Assembly (NCBI GenBank): GCA_944388765.1
Contig: CALXKA010000001.1
Span: forward strand, 35,871-99,870
Source: an uncultured Clostridia bacterium
GTDB lineage: Bacteria > Bacillota > Clostridia > TANB77 > CAG-508
Length of the DNA: 64,000 nucleotides
Reading direction: 5' to 3'
Position 1 is the first letter of the stretch, and every line of letters begins with the position of its first letter. This document shows positions 19,301-29,563 of the stretch, in pieces. A program made the translations under genes and the position numbers. The notes below the pieces were generated by a model. That model saw only the letters and a program-made list of their open reading frames with translations. It was not told where the DNA came from and did not search any database.

Positions 19301-20491
19301 TTATTTAACTAATTTTAGTGTTTCTCTTGCAATCATTAATTCTTCATTTGTTGGAACAACATATACTTTAACTTTTGAATCTTTTGTAGAAACTTCTAAT
19401 TCTTCTCCTTTTACATCATTTACTTTTTTGTCTATTTCAACACCTAAGAATTTTAGTTGTTCACAAATTGCTTCTCTTGATATAGGTCCTTTTTCTCCTA
19501 TACCCGCTGTAAATGTTAATACATCTATTCCTCCCATTGCAACTGCACATCTTGCTATATAACAAGCTGTTAAATAATGAAAATTATCCATTGCTAGTTT
19601 TGCATGAGTTCCACCTGATAACATTTCGTTTTCTATATCACGCATATCTATTGATATTCCTGAAATTCCATATAATCCTGATTCTTTATTTAATATGTAG
19701 TTCATATCATCAATTGATAAGTTGCATTTTTGCATTAAAAATGTAACTATGGAAGGATCTAAATCTCCACTTCTACTTCCCATTGGAATTCCTCCAAGTG
19801 GTGTAAGCCCCATACTTGTTTCAACTGATTTTCCATTTTTTATTGCACATACGCTACAACCTTGCCCTAAATGACAATTTACAATTTTTAACTCTTTAAT
19901 ATCTTTATTTATCAAATTTGCAACTCTATTTGCTACATATTGGTGTGAAGTTCCATGGAATCCGTATTTTCTTATTCCATATTTTTTGTAATAATTATAT
20001 GGAATTGGGTATATATATTTTTCTTTTGATATAGTTTGATGAAATGCTGTATCAAATACTGCAACCATTTTCATATTTGGTACAATTTTTTTACAAGCCT
20101 CTATTCCTAATATTGCTGCTGGATTGTGCAATGGTGCCAAATCTACACATTTTCTAATTTCTTCAATAACTTCATCTGTAATAATTACAGAATTGCTAAA
20201 TTTTTCTCCTCCATGAACGACTCTATGCCCAATTCCTCCAAGCTCATCTAAATCTTTTATTACTCCGTAATGTTCATTAGTTAATCTTGATAACACAAAT
20301 TTTATTGCTTGTTCATGATTTTTAGCTATGTGTTCAAATTTGTGTTTTTCTCCATTTACCTTATGTGTTAGAAAAGAATTTGGTTGTCCTATTCTTTCAA
20401 AATATCCTTTTGCTAACATTTCTTCTGTTTCCATATCAATTACTTGATATTTTAATGATGAACTCCCTGAATTTAAAACTAATATTTTCAT
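19301..20491 (-). CDS. Acetate/propionate kinase paralogue, copy 2, in tandem with copy 1
   Basis: 396 aa. N-terminus MKILVLNSGSSSLKYQVI. Same family as the downstream ackA but clearly diverged. Confidence 0.85.
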   Translation of the reverse strand: MKILVLNSGSSSLKYQVIDMETEEMLAKGYFERIGQPNSFLTHKVNGEKHKFEHIAKNHEQAIKFVLSRLTNEHYGVIKDLDELGGIGHRVVHGGEKFSNSVIITDEVIEEIRKCVDLAPLHNPAAILGIEACKKIVPNMKMVAVFDTAFHQTISKEKYIYPIPYNYYKKYGIRKYGFHGTSHQYVANRVANLINKDIKELKIVNCHLGQGCSVCAIKNGKSVETSMGLTPLGGIPMGSRSGDLDPSIVTFLMQKCNLSIDDMNYILNKESGLYGISGISIDMRDIENEMLSGGTHAKLAMDNFHYLTACYIARCAVAMGGIDVLTFTAGIGEKGPISREAICEQLKFLGVEIDKKVNDVKGEELEVSTKDSKVKVYVVPTNEELMIARETLKLVK

Positions 20492-20520
20492 ATATTACCT
20501 CCTTATTATATACGAAATAT

Positions 20521-21528
20521 TTAATTAGAAATTTGTGCTTGTACTGCTGTGATTGCTATTACTCCTGCAACATCGTCACTGCTACATCCTCTTGATAAAT
20601 CATTTACTGGTTTTGCAATTCCTTGGCAAAGTGGTCCATATGCTTCTGCCTTTCCTAATCTTTGTACTAATTTATATCCTATATTTCCGGCATTTAAATC
20701 TGGAAATATTAATACATTTGCCTCTCCTTTTAAAGGGCTTGTTGGTGCTTTCATTTCTGCAATTTCTGGAATTATTGCTGCATCTAATTGTAACTCACCG
20801 TCAACTTTTAGATCTGGATGTTTCTTCTTAATTTTCTCTGTTGCCTTTATAACTTTCCTTGTTGAATCTGAATTAGCACTTCCATGTGTAGAATATGAAA
20901 GCATAGCCACTTTTGGTTCTTTTTGTACTAATTGTCTAAAACTTTTACTTGATGAAATTGCTATTTCTGTTAATGCTAGTTCACCAGGATTTTCATTTAA
21001 TCCACTATCTGCAAATATAAATGTACCATTTTCTCCATATTCGCAATTTGGCACCACCATAATAAAAAATGCTGAAACAAGCTTTGTGTCTGGTGCTGTT
21101 TTTAATATTTGCAATGCTGGTCTTAATGTGTCAGAAGTTGAATGTATAGCTCCTGATACTAATCCATCTGCATGACTTTCTTCATCTTTTAGCATTAGCA
21201 TTCCAAAATATACTGGATCTTTTACTAATTCTTTTGCTTCTTCTATTGTCATTCCCTTATTTTTTCTTAACTCATATAATAATTCAACATATTTTTTATA
21301 ATTTTCTGATCTTGTTGGTTCTATTATTTCAGCCCCTGCTATACTTATATTATTTTTATGTGCCTCTTCTTGAATCTTTGCTTCATTTCCTAATAAAATT
21401 ATATTTGCATATTGTTCTTTTAATACTTTTTCAGTTGCTTGCAATATACGAATATCTTCTGCCTCTGGAAGTATTATTGTTTTTATTTCATTTTTTGCTC
21501 TTTGTTTTATCTCTTCTATAAATGCCAT
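20521..21528 (-). CDS. pta: Phosphate acetyltransferase
   Basis: 335 aa. Short-form Pta (PTA_PTB fold), located upstream of the ack genes. Confidence 0.85.
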   Translation of the reverse strand: MAFIEEIKQRAKNEIKTIILPEAEDIRILQATEKVLKEQYANIILLGNEAKIQEEAHKNNISIAGAEIIEPTRSENYKKYVELLYELRKNKGMTIEEAKELVKDPVYFGMLMLKDEESHADGLVSGAIHSTSDTLRPALQILKTAPDTKLVSAFFIMVVPNCEYGENGTFIFADSGLNENPGELALTEIAISSSKSFRQLVQKEPKVAMLSYSTHGSANSDSTRKVIKATEKIKKKHPDLKVDGELQLDAAIIPEIAEMKAPTSPLKGEANVLIFPDLNAGNIGYKLVQRLGKAEAYGPLCQGIAKPVNDLSRGCSSDDVAGVIAITAVQAQISN

Positions 21529-21612
21529 TTTTTACTAACCTCCTTATTAATGATTATATTATATAAATATTTTTTTTATTTTACAAGTATTTATGATATA
21601 TTTATATATAAA

Positions 21613-21650
21613 AACTGGTAAGAATAGTATCTACTTTACTCTTACCAGTT
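21613..21650 (-). terminator. Bidirectional stem-loop terminator
   Basis: AACTGGTAAGA...TCTTACCAGTT, an 11-bp perfect stem with T-runs on both sides, directly after the stop of the zinc-ribbon gene. Confidence 0.6.
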
Positions 21651-21655
21651 TTCTT

Positions 21656-21931
21656 TTAAGCTTTTAACCACTGTGAATATGTGATTTTTCTCATTGTGTT
21701 TTTTTCTTTTATCATCACTGCTTTTACATTTGGTAAAGTTTCTTTTGTTTGAAATTCTTCTAATTCCAAAAAACCTTTTCCCTCACAATGGTTACATTCT
21801 TGCGCTACTCCTCTCACATTTGTCCGGTGTAGTCCTGTACCTTTGCAATTTTGACACTTAACCTTTATTTTTCTCATATTGCGTTCCTCCTTTTGCATTT
21901 TTAAGGTTTTTAATATCTTATATTTTAACAT
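21656..21931 (-). CDS. Small zinc-ribbon protein (two CxxCxGxG motifs)
   Basis: CQNCKGTG and CNHCEGKG motifs resembling a DnaJ Cys-rich repeat. The true start may be the internal MRKIKVKC. Confidence 0.5.
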   Translation of the reverse strand: MLKYKILKTLKMQKEERNMRKIKVKCQNCKGTGLHRTNVRGVAQECNHCEGKGFLELEEFQTKETLPNVKAVMIKEKNTMRKITYSQWLKA

Positions 21932-21952
21932 AAACTTTTTTTAATTTCAATT

Positions 21953-22471
21953 TTAAGATTTGTTAATAATTTCTTTTATTTGTTCATCTTGTTGCAGTTC
22001 TTTGGAAATAAAATGATATGCGTCTTTGTTTTGTTTTATAGCTATTATTGCTAGTTCTTTATCATTTCTTAATCTACTACTTGCATATTTTATAATTATT
22101 CCTTTATTAGAAACTGCTTCTTTTACAATATCTCTATCATCTCTTAGTTCTTCACTTGCAAAGTATAAAGCTTGACCGTAATTTTTGCATGCTTCTTCTA
22201 CTATATTTCTATTTGCTTTTAATTTTTCTGATGCGTAACATATAGTCCAAGGAGCTCCTTTTACTCCTTTTAGAATTACTTTTTTATCATTTTTTAGTTG
22301 TTTGCTTGCAAATTCTAAGCTTTCAGCATCTTGTTCTAATGCTTGCATTACGACTTCTTTATCATTTTGTAATTTTGGAGATGCTAATTCTAATAATTTT
22401 CCATTTCTAGATACTGCTTTTAACATAAATTCTTTGTTGTTGCTATTTTGAATTACTTCATCTGTTGTCAT
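21953..22471 (-). CDS. DUF4116 repeat protein
   Basis: 172 aa. Repeated LxNDKE(V/L)...A(L/V)...(F/Y)ASxxL(K/R)xD motif typical of DUF4116. Confidence 0.6.
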   Translation of the reverse strand: MTTDEVIQNSNNKEFMLKAVSRNGKLLELASPKLQNDKEVVMQALEQDAESLEFASKQLKNDKKVILKGVKGAPWTICYASEKLKANRNIVEEACKNYGQALYFASEELRDDRDIVKEAVSNKGIIIKYASSRLRNDKELAIIAIKQNKDAYHFISKELQQDEQIKEIINKS

Positions 22472-22482
22472 CTTATCACCCT

Positions 22483-23148
22483 TTATATTTTTCTTTTTGC
22501 AATTAATGCTTTTATTTTTATTCCTTGTTCTGAGAACATTATTTCATGTTCTGTTTGAACGTTTCTTTCAAATATTGGTTCTTTATATAAATCATATGTT
22601 CTTTTTAATATTTCAAACCCTGACTCTTCAAAATATAAAATACTTGATTCAAATAATTCATCATCATCAGTTTTAAAATATATTTCTCCATTTTCATTTA
22701 AAAATTCTTTATATTTTTCTAGCTGTCTTGTATGTGTTAGTCTTTTCTTTCTGTGTTTTCCCCTTGGCCACGGATTACAAAAATTTATGTATATTCTTTG
22801 TATATCATCTTTTTTATCTAAAATTAGGTTGATTCTCTCTATATCAAATCTTGTTAAAATTATATTTTTAGGTTCAATATTTGCTTCTTTATAACTTTGT
22901 TCAACATTTCTTTTTGCTAAGCCTAGCATTGCGTCTATTAAGTCAATTGCGATATAGTTTATATCTTGATTTTCTAATGCTAATTTTGATATAAATTGTC
23001 CTTTTCCACATCCTAACTCTAACATAAGTGGAAACTCCTTTTTTTCAAAATGTTCTTTCCATTTTCCTTTCCATTCTTCTGGATTATCTTCATAAAAAGA
23101 ACTTGCTTCTAATTCTGGTCTTGCCCACTTTTTATATCTAATTCTCAT
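22483..23148 (-). CDS. trmB: tRNA (guanine46-N7)-methyltransferase
   Basis: 221 aa. SAM-binding motif LELGCGKGQF; TrmB family. Confidence 0.85.
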   Translation of the reverse strand: MRIRYKKWARPELEASSFYEDNPEEWKGKWKEHFEKKEFPLMLELGCGKGQFISKLALENQDINYIAIDLIDAMLGLAKRNVEQSYKEANIEPKNIILTRFDIERINLILDKKDDIQRIYINFCNPWPRGKHRKKRLTHTRQLEKYKEFLNENGEIYFKTDDDELFESSILYFEESGFEILKRTYDLYKEPIFERNVQTEHEIMFSEQGIKIKALIAKRKI

Positions 23149-23292
23149 GTTATTTTTCCCCCATATGTGTTAATTAATTTAATATATTAATATTTTATCA
23201 GATTTGTTCATTTTCTTCAAGTTGAAGTATATTGAAAAATAATATATAATTGTATATATTATGTATTAATTATATTTATTATAGGAGTATAT

Positions 23293-24174
23293 ATGGAATT
23301 AAAATATATTATAAAGCAAGATGATAACTATATAAATGTAGATGAAATTCTAAGTTCTTATTTTAGTATTTCTGCAAGACTAAGATCTAAACTTATAAAA
23401 TTACAGAAAATAATGTTAAACGGTAATCCTGTTGATACTAGACAAAGTGTTAATCCTTTTGATATTATAACAGTTTGCTTAGATTATGATGAAGATAATT
23501 CTAATATAATTCCATTTAAAATGAAACTAGATATATTATATGAAGATGAATGGTTTTTAATAATAAATAAACCTGCTGGAATTGCGATTCATCCTTCTTT
23601 ACTTCATTATTCTAATTCATTATCGAATGGTATAAAATATTATTTTGATTCTATTAATTTAAAAAAGAAAATCAGACCTATAAATAGGTTAGATACCAAC
23701 ACTTCTGGTTTATGTGTTTTTGCTAAATGTGAATATATACAAGAATGTTTTATTAAACAAATGCTTAAAAAATCTTTTAAAAAAGAATATTTATGTTTTG
23801 TAGAAGGTATTTTGAATAAGAAATTTGGTACAATTAATTTACCTATTGCAAGAAAACCTGGAAGTATTATCGAAAGATGCGTTGATGAAAATGGTCAAAT
23901 GGCTATTACTAATTATAAAGTTATTGATGAATTTAAAGATTATAGTTTAGTTAAATGTTCATTAGAAACCGGTAAGACGCATCAAATCAGGGTACATATG
24001 AGCTATATTGGCCATCCTTTATTAGGAGATACTTTGTACGGTAATTCTTCTAGACTAATTAATAGACAAGCTTTGCATAGCTATATGATACAATTTATCC
24101 ATCCAGTAAGTAAAAAAATCATGAAATTCATATGTAAAATCCCAGAAGACATGAATATTTTAAGCCTTTTATAG
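23293..24174 (+). CDS. RluA-family pseudouridine synthase
   Basis: 293 aa. Catalytic motif HRLDTNTSG and HQIRVHM. Confidence 0.85.
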   Translation: MELKYIIKQDDNYINVDEILSSYFSISARLRSKLIKLQKIMLNGNPVDTRQSVNPFDIITVCLDYDEDNSNIIPFKMKLDILYEDEWFLIINKPAGIAIHPSLLHYSNSLSNGIKYYFDSINLKKKIRPINRLDTNTSGLCVFAKCEYIQECFIKQMLKKSFKKEYLCFVEGILNKKFGTINLPIARKPGSIIERCVDENGQMAITNYKVIDEFKDYSLVKCSLETGKTHQIRVHMSYIGHPLLGDTLYGNSSRLINRQALHSYMIQFIHPVSKKIMKFICKIPEDMNILSLL

Positions 24175-24196
24175 AAGGGATTTAGAATATTCTACT

Positions 24197-25058
24197 CTAA
24201 ATCCCTCTTTGTCTTTTTATTATTTCTAAACCTGCTTTTGCACCTTCATATACTGCTTTGGATACTTGAAGTAAACCTCCTGTGCAGTCTCCACATGCAT
24301 ATATTCCTTTTATATTTGTTTCCATATTTTCATTTACTACTATTTTATCTTTATTTGTTACTATTCCTAATTTTTTTGCAAATTCTGTACTTCCTGCTAC
24401 TCCTTGTGCTATAAATAATCCATCTGTTTTTATAGTAGATCCATCTTTGAATTTTATTTTTTCTACTTTACTTTCTCCATCTATTTCTTCTATTTCTTTT
24501 GTATCTATCTTCACATTATCTGCTCTAAACTCTGGTGCCTTTTCTCCATTTGTTAATATTGTTATGTTATCTGCAATATTTATTAGCTCGTTTGTTTCAG
24601 CTACTGCATAATTTCCACTTCCTAAAACTGATACACTTCTATTTCTGTAAAAAAAGCCATCACATATAGCACAATAACTAATACCTTTTCCTTCAAATTT
24701 TTCTATTCCCTTTATTTTAGGTTTGTTTTTTTTGTTTCCTGTCGCAAGTATCAAGTTTTTTGTTTCATATTTATTGTTAGTTGTTATTATATTAAAGTTT
24801 TCTATATTATTTTCTATTTTTATTACTTCTTCTTTTTTTACTTCTACACCAATATTTTTTGCTTGTTCAATTCCTATATTATATAACTCTTTTCCTGAAA
24901 TTCCATTTTTAAATCCATAGTAGTTTTCGATTAGGCTGGCTTTTTCTAATCCTGATTCCTCATTATATAATATTAAAGTTTTTAAATTAGCCCTTCCGTG
25001 TATATAAACTTGCAGATATTCCTGCTGGTCCTGCTCCTAATATTATTACATCGTACAT
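24197..25058 (-). pseudogene. trxB: Thioredoxin-disulfide reductase, interrupted by a +1 frameshift at 24995-24998
   Basis: N-terminus MYDVIILGAGPAGISASLYT runs into a stop. The downstream frame carries ANLKTL..., the redox site CAICDG and GDCTGG. Removing one G/C from the minus-strand AAGGGC (plus CCCTTCCG) gives a continuous YTRKANLKTL. Confidence 0.8.
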
Positions 25059-25059
25059 A

Positions 25060-25527
25060 TTAACTAAGTTCCTTTCTTTCTAAATTTAATAAATATTGTT
25101 TTATATCTAATCCTAATGCATATCCTACTAATTTATTATTACTACCAATTACTCTATGACATGGTATTATTATTGGAATTGGATTTTTGTGATTTGCCAT
25201 TCCTACTGCTCTTGAAGCTTTTTCATTTCCTATTTTTTTTGCTATTTCTTTATATGTTCTAACTTCTCCATAAGGTATATTTATTAACTCATTCCAAACT
25301 TTTTTCATAAAGTTCGTTCCTTTTGGATTTAGCGGAATTGTAAATTCAATTCTTTTTCCCTTAAAATATTCTTTTAATTGTTTTTCTGTTTTTGTTAATA
25401 ATTCTGTGTTTTCTTGTCTTATGCTATTTGTTTTTATATTTTTTAAAATGTTTATTTCTATTATTTTATCATTTTCTTCTATTAGTTCTATTTTTCCTAT
25501 TGGTGAATCTACAATTTTTCTATACAT
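25060..25527 (-). CDS. ogt: Methylated-DNA--protein-cysteine methyltransferase
   Basis: 155 aa. Active site IPCHRVIG. Confidence 0.85.
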   Translation of the reverse strand: MYRKIVDSPIGKIELIEENDKIIEINILKNIKTNSIRQENTELLTKTEKQLKEYFKGKRIEFTIPLNPKGTNFMKKVWNELINIPYGEVRTYKEIAKKIGNEKASRAVGMANHKNPIPIIIPCHRVIGSNNKLVGYALGLDIKQYLLNLERKELS

Positions 25528-25587
25528 ATTACCACTTCCAATTTTAAGTAATTATATCACTAGTTGTTTATGTGTGCAATATGTTTT

Positions 25588-26166
25588 CTATATTAATATT
25601 GGACTTATTTGCTCTCCTTCTAAGGCATATTCTAATGTTTTTATTATATATTCTGAATCAAATACTATTGATCTTGGTTTTGTTATTGGATTATCTTGTT
25701 TAAAAGGAACAAAATAGTAATTTTTCCTATTTAGCAGTTTACCTATGTTTTCTGCATTCCCACTTAAACCATTATTCGTAGATGCTGCAATTACTAATGG
25801 TCTATTATTTCTTAAATGTGATTTTGCTGCCATTGTTGCTGGCGTATCTATTATGTCGCATGCTAATTTTGCCATTGTATTTCCTGAACATGGTGCAATA
25901 ATCATTATATCTGTCATTTTTTTAGGCCCTATTGGTTCTGCATCTTGAATTGTATGAATTATCTTTTTTTCAGTTATCTCTTCTATTTCTTCTATAAAAT
26001 CTTTTGCTTTTCCAAATTTTGTATCTAAATTATAGCTATTAAAAGACATTATTGGTATTATTTTAGCTCCTAATTTTTTTATTTCTTTCATTTTAGGTAT
26101 TACTTTTTGAAATGTACAAAAAGATCCTGTTAATATGAATCCTATCTTTTTATCTTTTAAATCCAA
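25588..26166 (-). CDS. Flavoprotein of the dipicolinate synthase B-subunit (SpoVFB/DpaB) family
   Basis: 192 aa. Aligns along its length with the SpoVFB pattern (GSFCTF, IAPCSGNTMAKLA, RNNRPLV). No spoVFA is adjacent. Confidence 0.55.
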   Translation of the reverse strand: MDLKDKKIGFILTGSFCTFQKVIPKMKEIKKLGAKIIPIMSFNSYNLDTKFGKAKDFIEEIEEITEKKIIHTIQDAEPIGPKKMTDIMIIAPCSGNTMAKLACDIIDTPATMAAKSHLRNNRPLVIAASTNNGLSGNAENIGKLLNRKNYYFVPFKQDNPITKPRSIVFDSEYIIKTLEYALEGEQISPILI

Positions 26167-26241
26167 ATCTTATTTACCTCCTTTCATATTGCTTTATATA
26201 TAATATGAAATTATGTAAATAAAGTTTGTTTATATTTTAAT

Positions 26242-27507
26242 TTATATTATTAAAATTTGTCCTGGAAAGATTAAGTTTGGGTTTTGAATATTATTTGTAG
26301 TTACTAAATGATTTACTGTAACCCCAAATCTTTTCGCTATTTTGCTCAAATTATCTCCTCTTCGAACTGTATATGTAGAATAATAAGTATTTTGATTTAT
26401 TGGTCTTAAAGTTGTTACATCACTTTCAGTAATTCTAATTTTTTCTCCTGGATATATTAAATTAGGATTTGATATACCATTTAATTCTACAATATGAGAT
26501 ATGCTAACATTATATGCTCTTGCAATTTTAGATAAAGTATCTCCTCTTTGTATTGTATATATAATATCTCCTGTTCCTCTTGTTTCTTCTCCTTCTATGT
26601 TAGAATTTGTTGGTATCCTAAGTGTTTCCCCTGGATATATTAAATTAGGGTTTGCAATATTATTTATATTTACAATTTCATCTATTGTTGTTCCATATCT
26701 TCTTGCAATTGCCCATAGAGTATCTCCTCTTTGAACTGTATATGATATTGTTTGTGTATTAGTTATTTCTGTTGAATTTTCTATTTCTGGAACTTCTGTT
26801 GTCTCATTTAAAAATATCTCTTCTGTAAAACTGTCTCTATCTACTGCTCCATTAATTCCATTTACTCTCCCTCTATCTGTATATTGTAATCCTATATAGT
26901 TATCCCAATTTGTTGTAATTCCCTCTAATCTTTCTGTTTCACTATAATATGCAAGCCATAATTGATAATCTTTTGCTAATTCTCTACTAAATCTACTTTG
27001 TGCATTACTTAAATCACTATATATTATTACTTCTTTATTTGTTAAGTCTCTTGTTGTTTCTAAAAATGTTCTTGCTATTTCATTTGATTCTTCTATACTT
27101 ACTCCTCCAAACACTTCATAGTCCATTACCAATTTGCAATCTGGTGTTTTTCCAGATATTACTGATGCAAAAAATCTAGCTTCTTGTTTGGCTTCTTCTG
27201 TATTTGTTGCAGTTAAAAAATGATAAAATCCTACTTTTAATCCATTTGCCTTTGCATTCTCATAATTTATTTCAAAATATGCATCTTTTATATTAGATCC
27301 TTGACTTGACTTAATGTATACTACTTCTATTCCAGCTTCTCTTATTTGTCTATAATTTATGTACCCTTGCCAATTACTAACATCAATTCCTTGATAACTT
27401 AGGGTTGATATAGGACTTATAGCATAAGTAGATTTTACATTTATCCAAAAAATAAATGTAAATATTATACTAAAAATCAATATTATTTTTTTTATTTTTT
27501 TATTCAT
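26242..27507 (-). CDS. Secreted GH25 muramidase (lysozyme) with three C-terminal LysM domains
   Basis: 421 aa. Signal peptide. GH25 catalytic region (GIDVSNWQG...FYHF). Three repeats of (R/Q)GD(T/N)L(S/W)(K/A)IA...IYPG. Confidence 0.8.
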   Translation of the reverse strand: MNKKIKKIILIFSIIFTFIFWINVKSTYAISPISTLSYQGIDVSNWQGYINYRQIREAGIEVVYIKSSQGSNIKDAYFEINYENAKANGLKVGFYHFLTATNTEEAKQEARFFASVISGKTPDCKLVMDYEVFGGVSIEESNEIARTFLETTRDLTNKEVIIYSDLSNAQSRFSRELAKDYQLWLAYYSETERLEGITTNWDNYIGLQYTDRGRVNGINGAVDRDSFTEEIFLNETTEVPEIENSTEITNTQTISYTVQRGDTLWAIARRYGTTIDEIVNINNIANPNLIYPGETLRIPTNSNIEGEETRGTGDIIYTIQRGDTLSKIARAYNVSISHIVELNGISNPNLIYPGEKIRITESDVTTLRPINQNTYYSTYTVRRGDNLSKIAKRFGVTVNHLVTTNNIQNPNLIFPGQILII

Positions 27508-27564
27508 AAAAAACCTCCTTTACATATTTATTTTATTATATGTAAAAGGGGTTTTTTTGTTATT

Positions 27565-27894
27565 TTAGCATATTCTATCTCCATTTTTTACTTTTTCAGT
27601 TAATGTTAAAAGTACTATTCCTTGTTCTGAGCAGCTTCCAAGGACTAAAACTTCACTTTTAACATTTGCTACTTGTCTTGGCGGAAAATTTGTAACTGCT
27701 ATAATTTGTTTTCCTACTAGTTGGTCAGTTGAGTATAGTTTTGTAATTTGTGCAGATGAAGTTTTTACTCCTATTTCATCTCCAAAATCTATCTTTAATT
27801 TATATGCTGGCTTCTTTGCTTTTTTATTTATTGATGCTTCTAATATTGTTCCTACTCTCATATCTACTTTTAAAAAATCTTCTATATCAATCAT
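27565..27894 (-). CDS. csaA: tRNA-binding protein, CsaA/EMAP-domain
   Basis: 109 aa. Contains VDMRVGTILEA, consistent with CsaA/EMAP tRNA-binding domain proteins. Confidence 0.7.
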   Translation of the reverse strand: MIDIEDFLKVDMRVGTILEASINKKAKKPAYKLKIDFGDEIGVKTSSAQITKLYSTDQLVGKQIIAVTNFPPRQVANVKSEVLVLGSCSEQGIVLLTLTEKVKNGDRIC

Positions 27895-27906
27895 TTCATT
27901 TTCCTC

Positions 27907-28548
27907 TTATTTTATTAATATTTTTCCTTTTATTTCTTTATCTAATTTATTTATAAATATTTCTGCATCTTGTTTTGTTCCAACAATTTCTCCATAATGT
28001 ATAGGTATAGCTATTTTAGGTTTTATTCTATTTATTAATGTTGCCGCTTCTTCTGCTGTCATAGTATATGTTCCTCCAACTGGAACAAATGCTATATCAC
28101 ATTTCACATTTTGATTTTCTTCTGTTATATCTGTATCACCTGCAATATAGTAAATGATATCTTCTATTTTTAAAATATATCCCACCCAATTATTTTCTTC
28201 TGGATGGAAGTTTTTGTTTATATTGTATGCTCTTATTGTTCTTATTTCTATACTATCTTCATAATATTTTTCTTCTGGGTTCACAAGAATTATATTATTT
28301 TCTTTAAATCCAAGTTTTTTTGTTTTTTCAATTAAATCTCTTGTCACATATATTTTGGTGTTAGATTTTATTACTTTTTTTATATCCTCTTCTGAGAAAT
28401 GATCATAATGCGAATGTGTTATTAATATAATATCTGCATCATTATAATTTTGTTTTAGATGAAATGGATCTATGTATATTACTTTTTCTTTATCTATTCT
28501 AATCGAACTATGACATAAAGCTTCAATATTATCTAACATATTTGTCAA
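27907..28548 (-). CDS. MBL-fold metallo-hydrolase
   Basis: 213 aa. Contains ILITHSHYDHF, an HxHxDH metallo-beta-lactamase-fold motif. Confidence 0.75.
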   Translation of the reverse strand: MTNMLDNIEALCHSSIRIDKEKVIYIDPFHLKQNYNDADIILITHSHYDHFSEEDIKKVIKSNTKIYVTRDLIEKTKKLGFKENNIILVNPEEKYYEDSIEIRTIRAYNINKNFHPEENNWVGYILKIEDIIYYIAGDTDITEENQNVKCDIAFVPVGGTYTMTAEEAATLINRIKPKIAIPIHYGEIVGTKQDAEIFINKLDKEIKGKILIK

Positions 28549-28596
28549 CTCCTTTATATGTTAGATAATATCACATTTTCTTTTTAAAAATCAATA

Positions 28597-28929
28597 CTAA
28601 TAATAATGATATCTATTGTTCATTCCGTTATATCCCCATGTATTGTTTGATATTGTTACAAATTTTATTGAATATATATCGCAGTATACCAATGTATCGC
28701 TTTCTAAACTACGTAATAATATATAACTTGCTCCTACATCTTCTAATATTCCTATTCTATCTGTTAAGTTATTTGTTCCTATTAAAAATTCCACTCTAAT
28801 TAATTTTCCAATTTGTTCTCTTAAAAATGCTGGCGTATATATTGAATTTGTTAGAATCTCTGGTGAGTTTTGATTTATTTGTACATTTCTACTATTTTCC
28901 TTTGTATTTTGACTCTCTTGATTTGGCAT
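28597..28929 (-). CDS. gerQ: Spore coat protein GerQ (YwdL) family
   Basis: 110 aa. Conserved core FLREQIGKLIRVEFLIGTN...ILEDVGASYILL...CDIYSIKFVTI matches the GerQ family. Confidence 0.65.
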   Translation of the reverse strand: MPNQESQNTKENSRNVQINQNSPEILTNSIYTPAFLREQIGKLIRVEFLIGTNNLTDRIGILEDVGASYILLRSLESDTLVYCDIYSIKFVTISNNTWGYNGMNNRYHYY

Positions 28930-28995
28930 AATATCTCTCCTTTATATTTTATTTAGATTTTAGAAAGAAAACCTATAAACTCGTATAAATATACT

Positions 28996-29449
28996 TTAAG
29001 TTTGCCTGTATTTTTCAGTAGGTTTATAAAAGCAATGATTTTCTAATCTTGTGTGCAAAGTTCCTGAACCGTTGTATGGAAAAATTGAATCACAGCTAGG
29101 TTTAAATGGATTTAAGTACCACAAGCAATCTCCCATTTCATTTAATTTATTTCCTGATAAAGCCCAATCCGCAATATAATAGTGTACATCTGTTGGTGTC
29201 ATATTATATATGTTTTGAGGATTATATTGATTTCTTAGAGTTTCTGTTGCACAATCAAATTGTCCTTGTTGAAATATTATATTTCTTATATTTCCTCCTT
29301 GCGATATTCTTGCATATTCTCCCTCTGATACATTTACCCTATTCATTACAACTGTTGCAACAGCTCTCATTCCGATTATCTCCTTCGCCACCAGCCTCGC
29401 ATTGTACTATTCTTGCTAATAATTCTCTATCTGAATACGCCATAATATC
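28996..29449 (-). pseudogene. cwlJ: Spore cortex-lytic enzyme CwlJ/SleB-domain hydrolase, interrupted by a +1 frameshift at 29371-29374
   Basis: N-terminus MAYSDRELLARIVQCEAGGEGDN (good RBS AGGAGGA) runs into a stop. The downstream frame carries GMRAVATVVMNRV...HCFYKPT. Removing the C in the minus-strand AATCGGAATG restores CwlJ. Confidence 0.8.
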
Positions 29450-29498
29450 CTCCTTCATATTTTTATTATATGCTATTAATATTTGTCCATTTTACTAA

Positions 29499-29541
29499 AA
29501 AACTCTAACTAATTATATTAAATCAGTTAGAGTTAAGTTTT
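29499..29541 (-). terminator. Stem-loop terminator downstream of the Rpn-family gene
   Basis: Inverted repeat AACTCTAACT..AGTTAGAGTT, followed by a U-run on the minus-strand RNA. Confidence 0.5.
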
Positions 29542-29563
29542 TACTTTAATAAATTTTAATATT

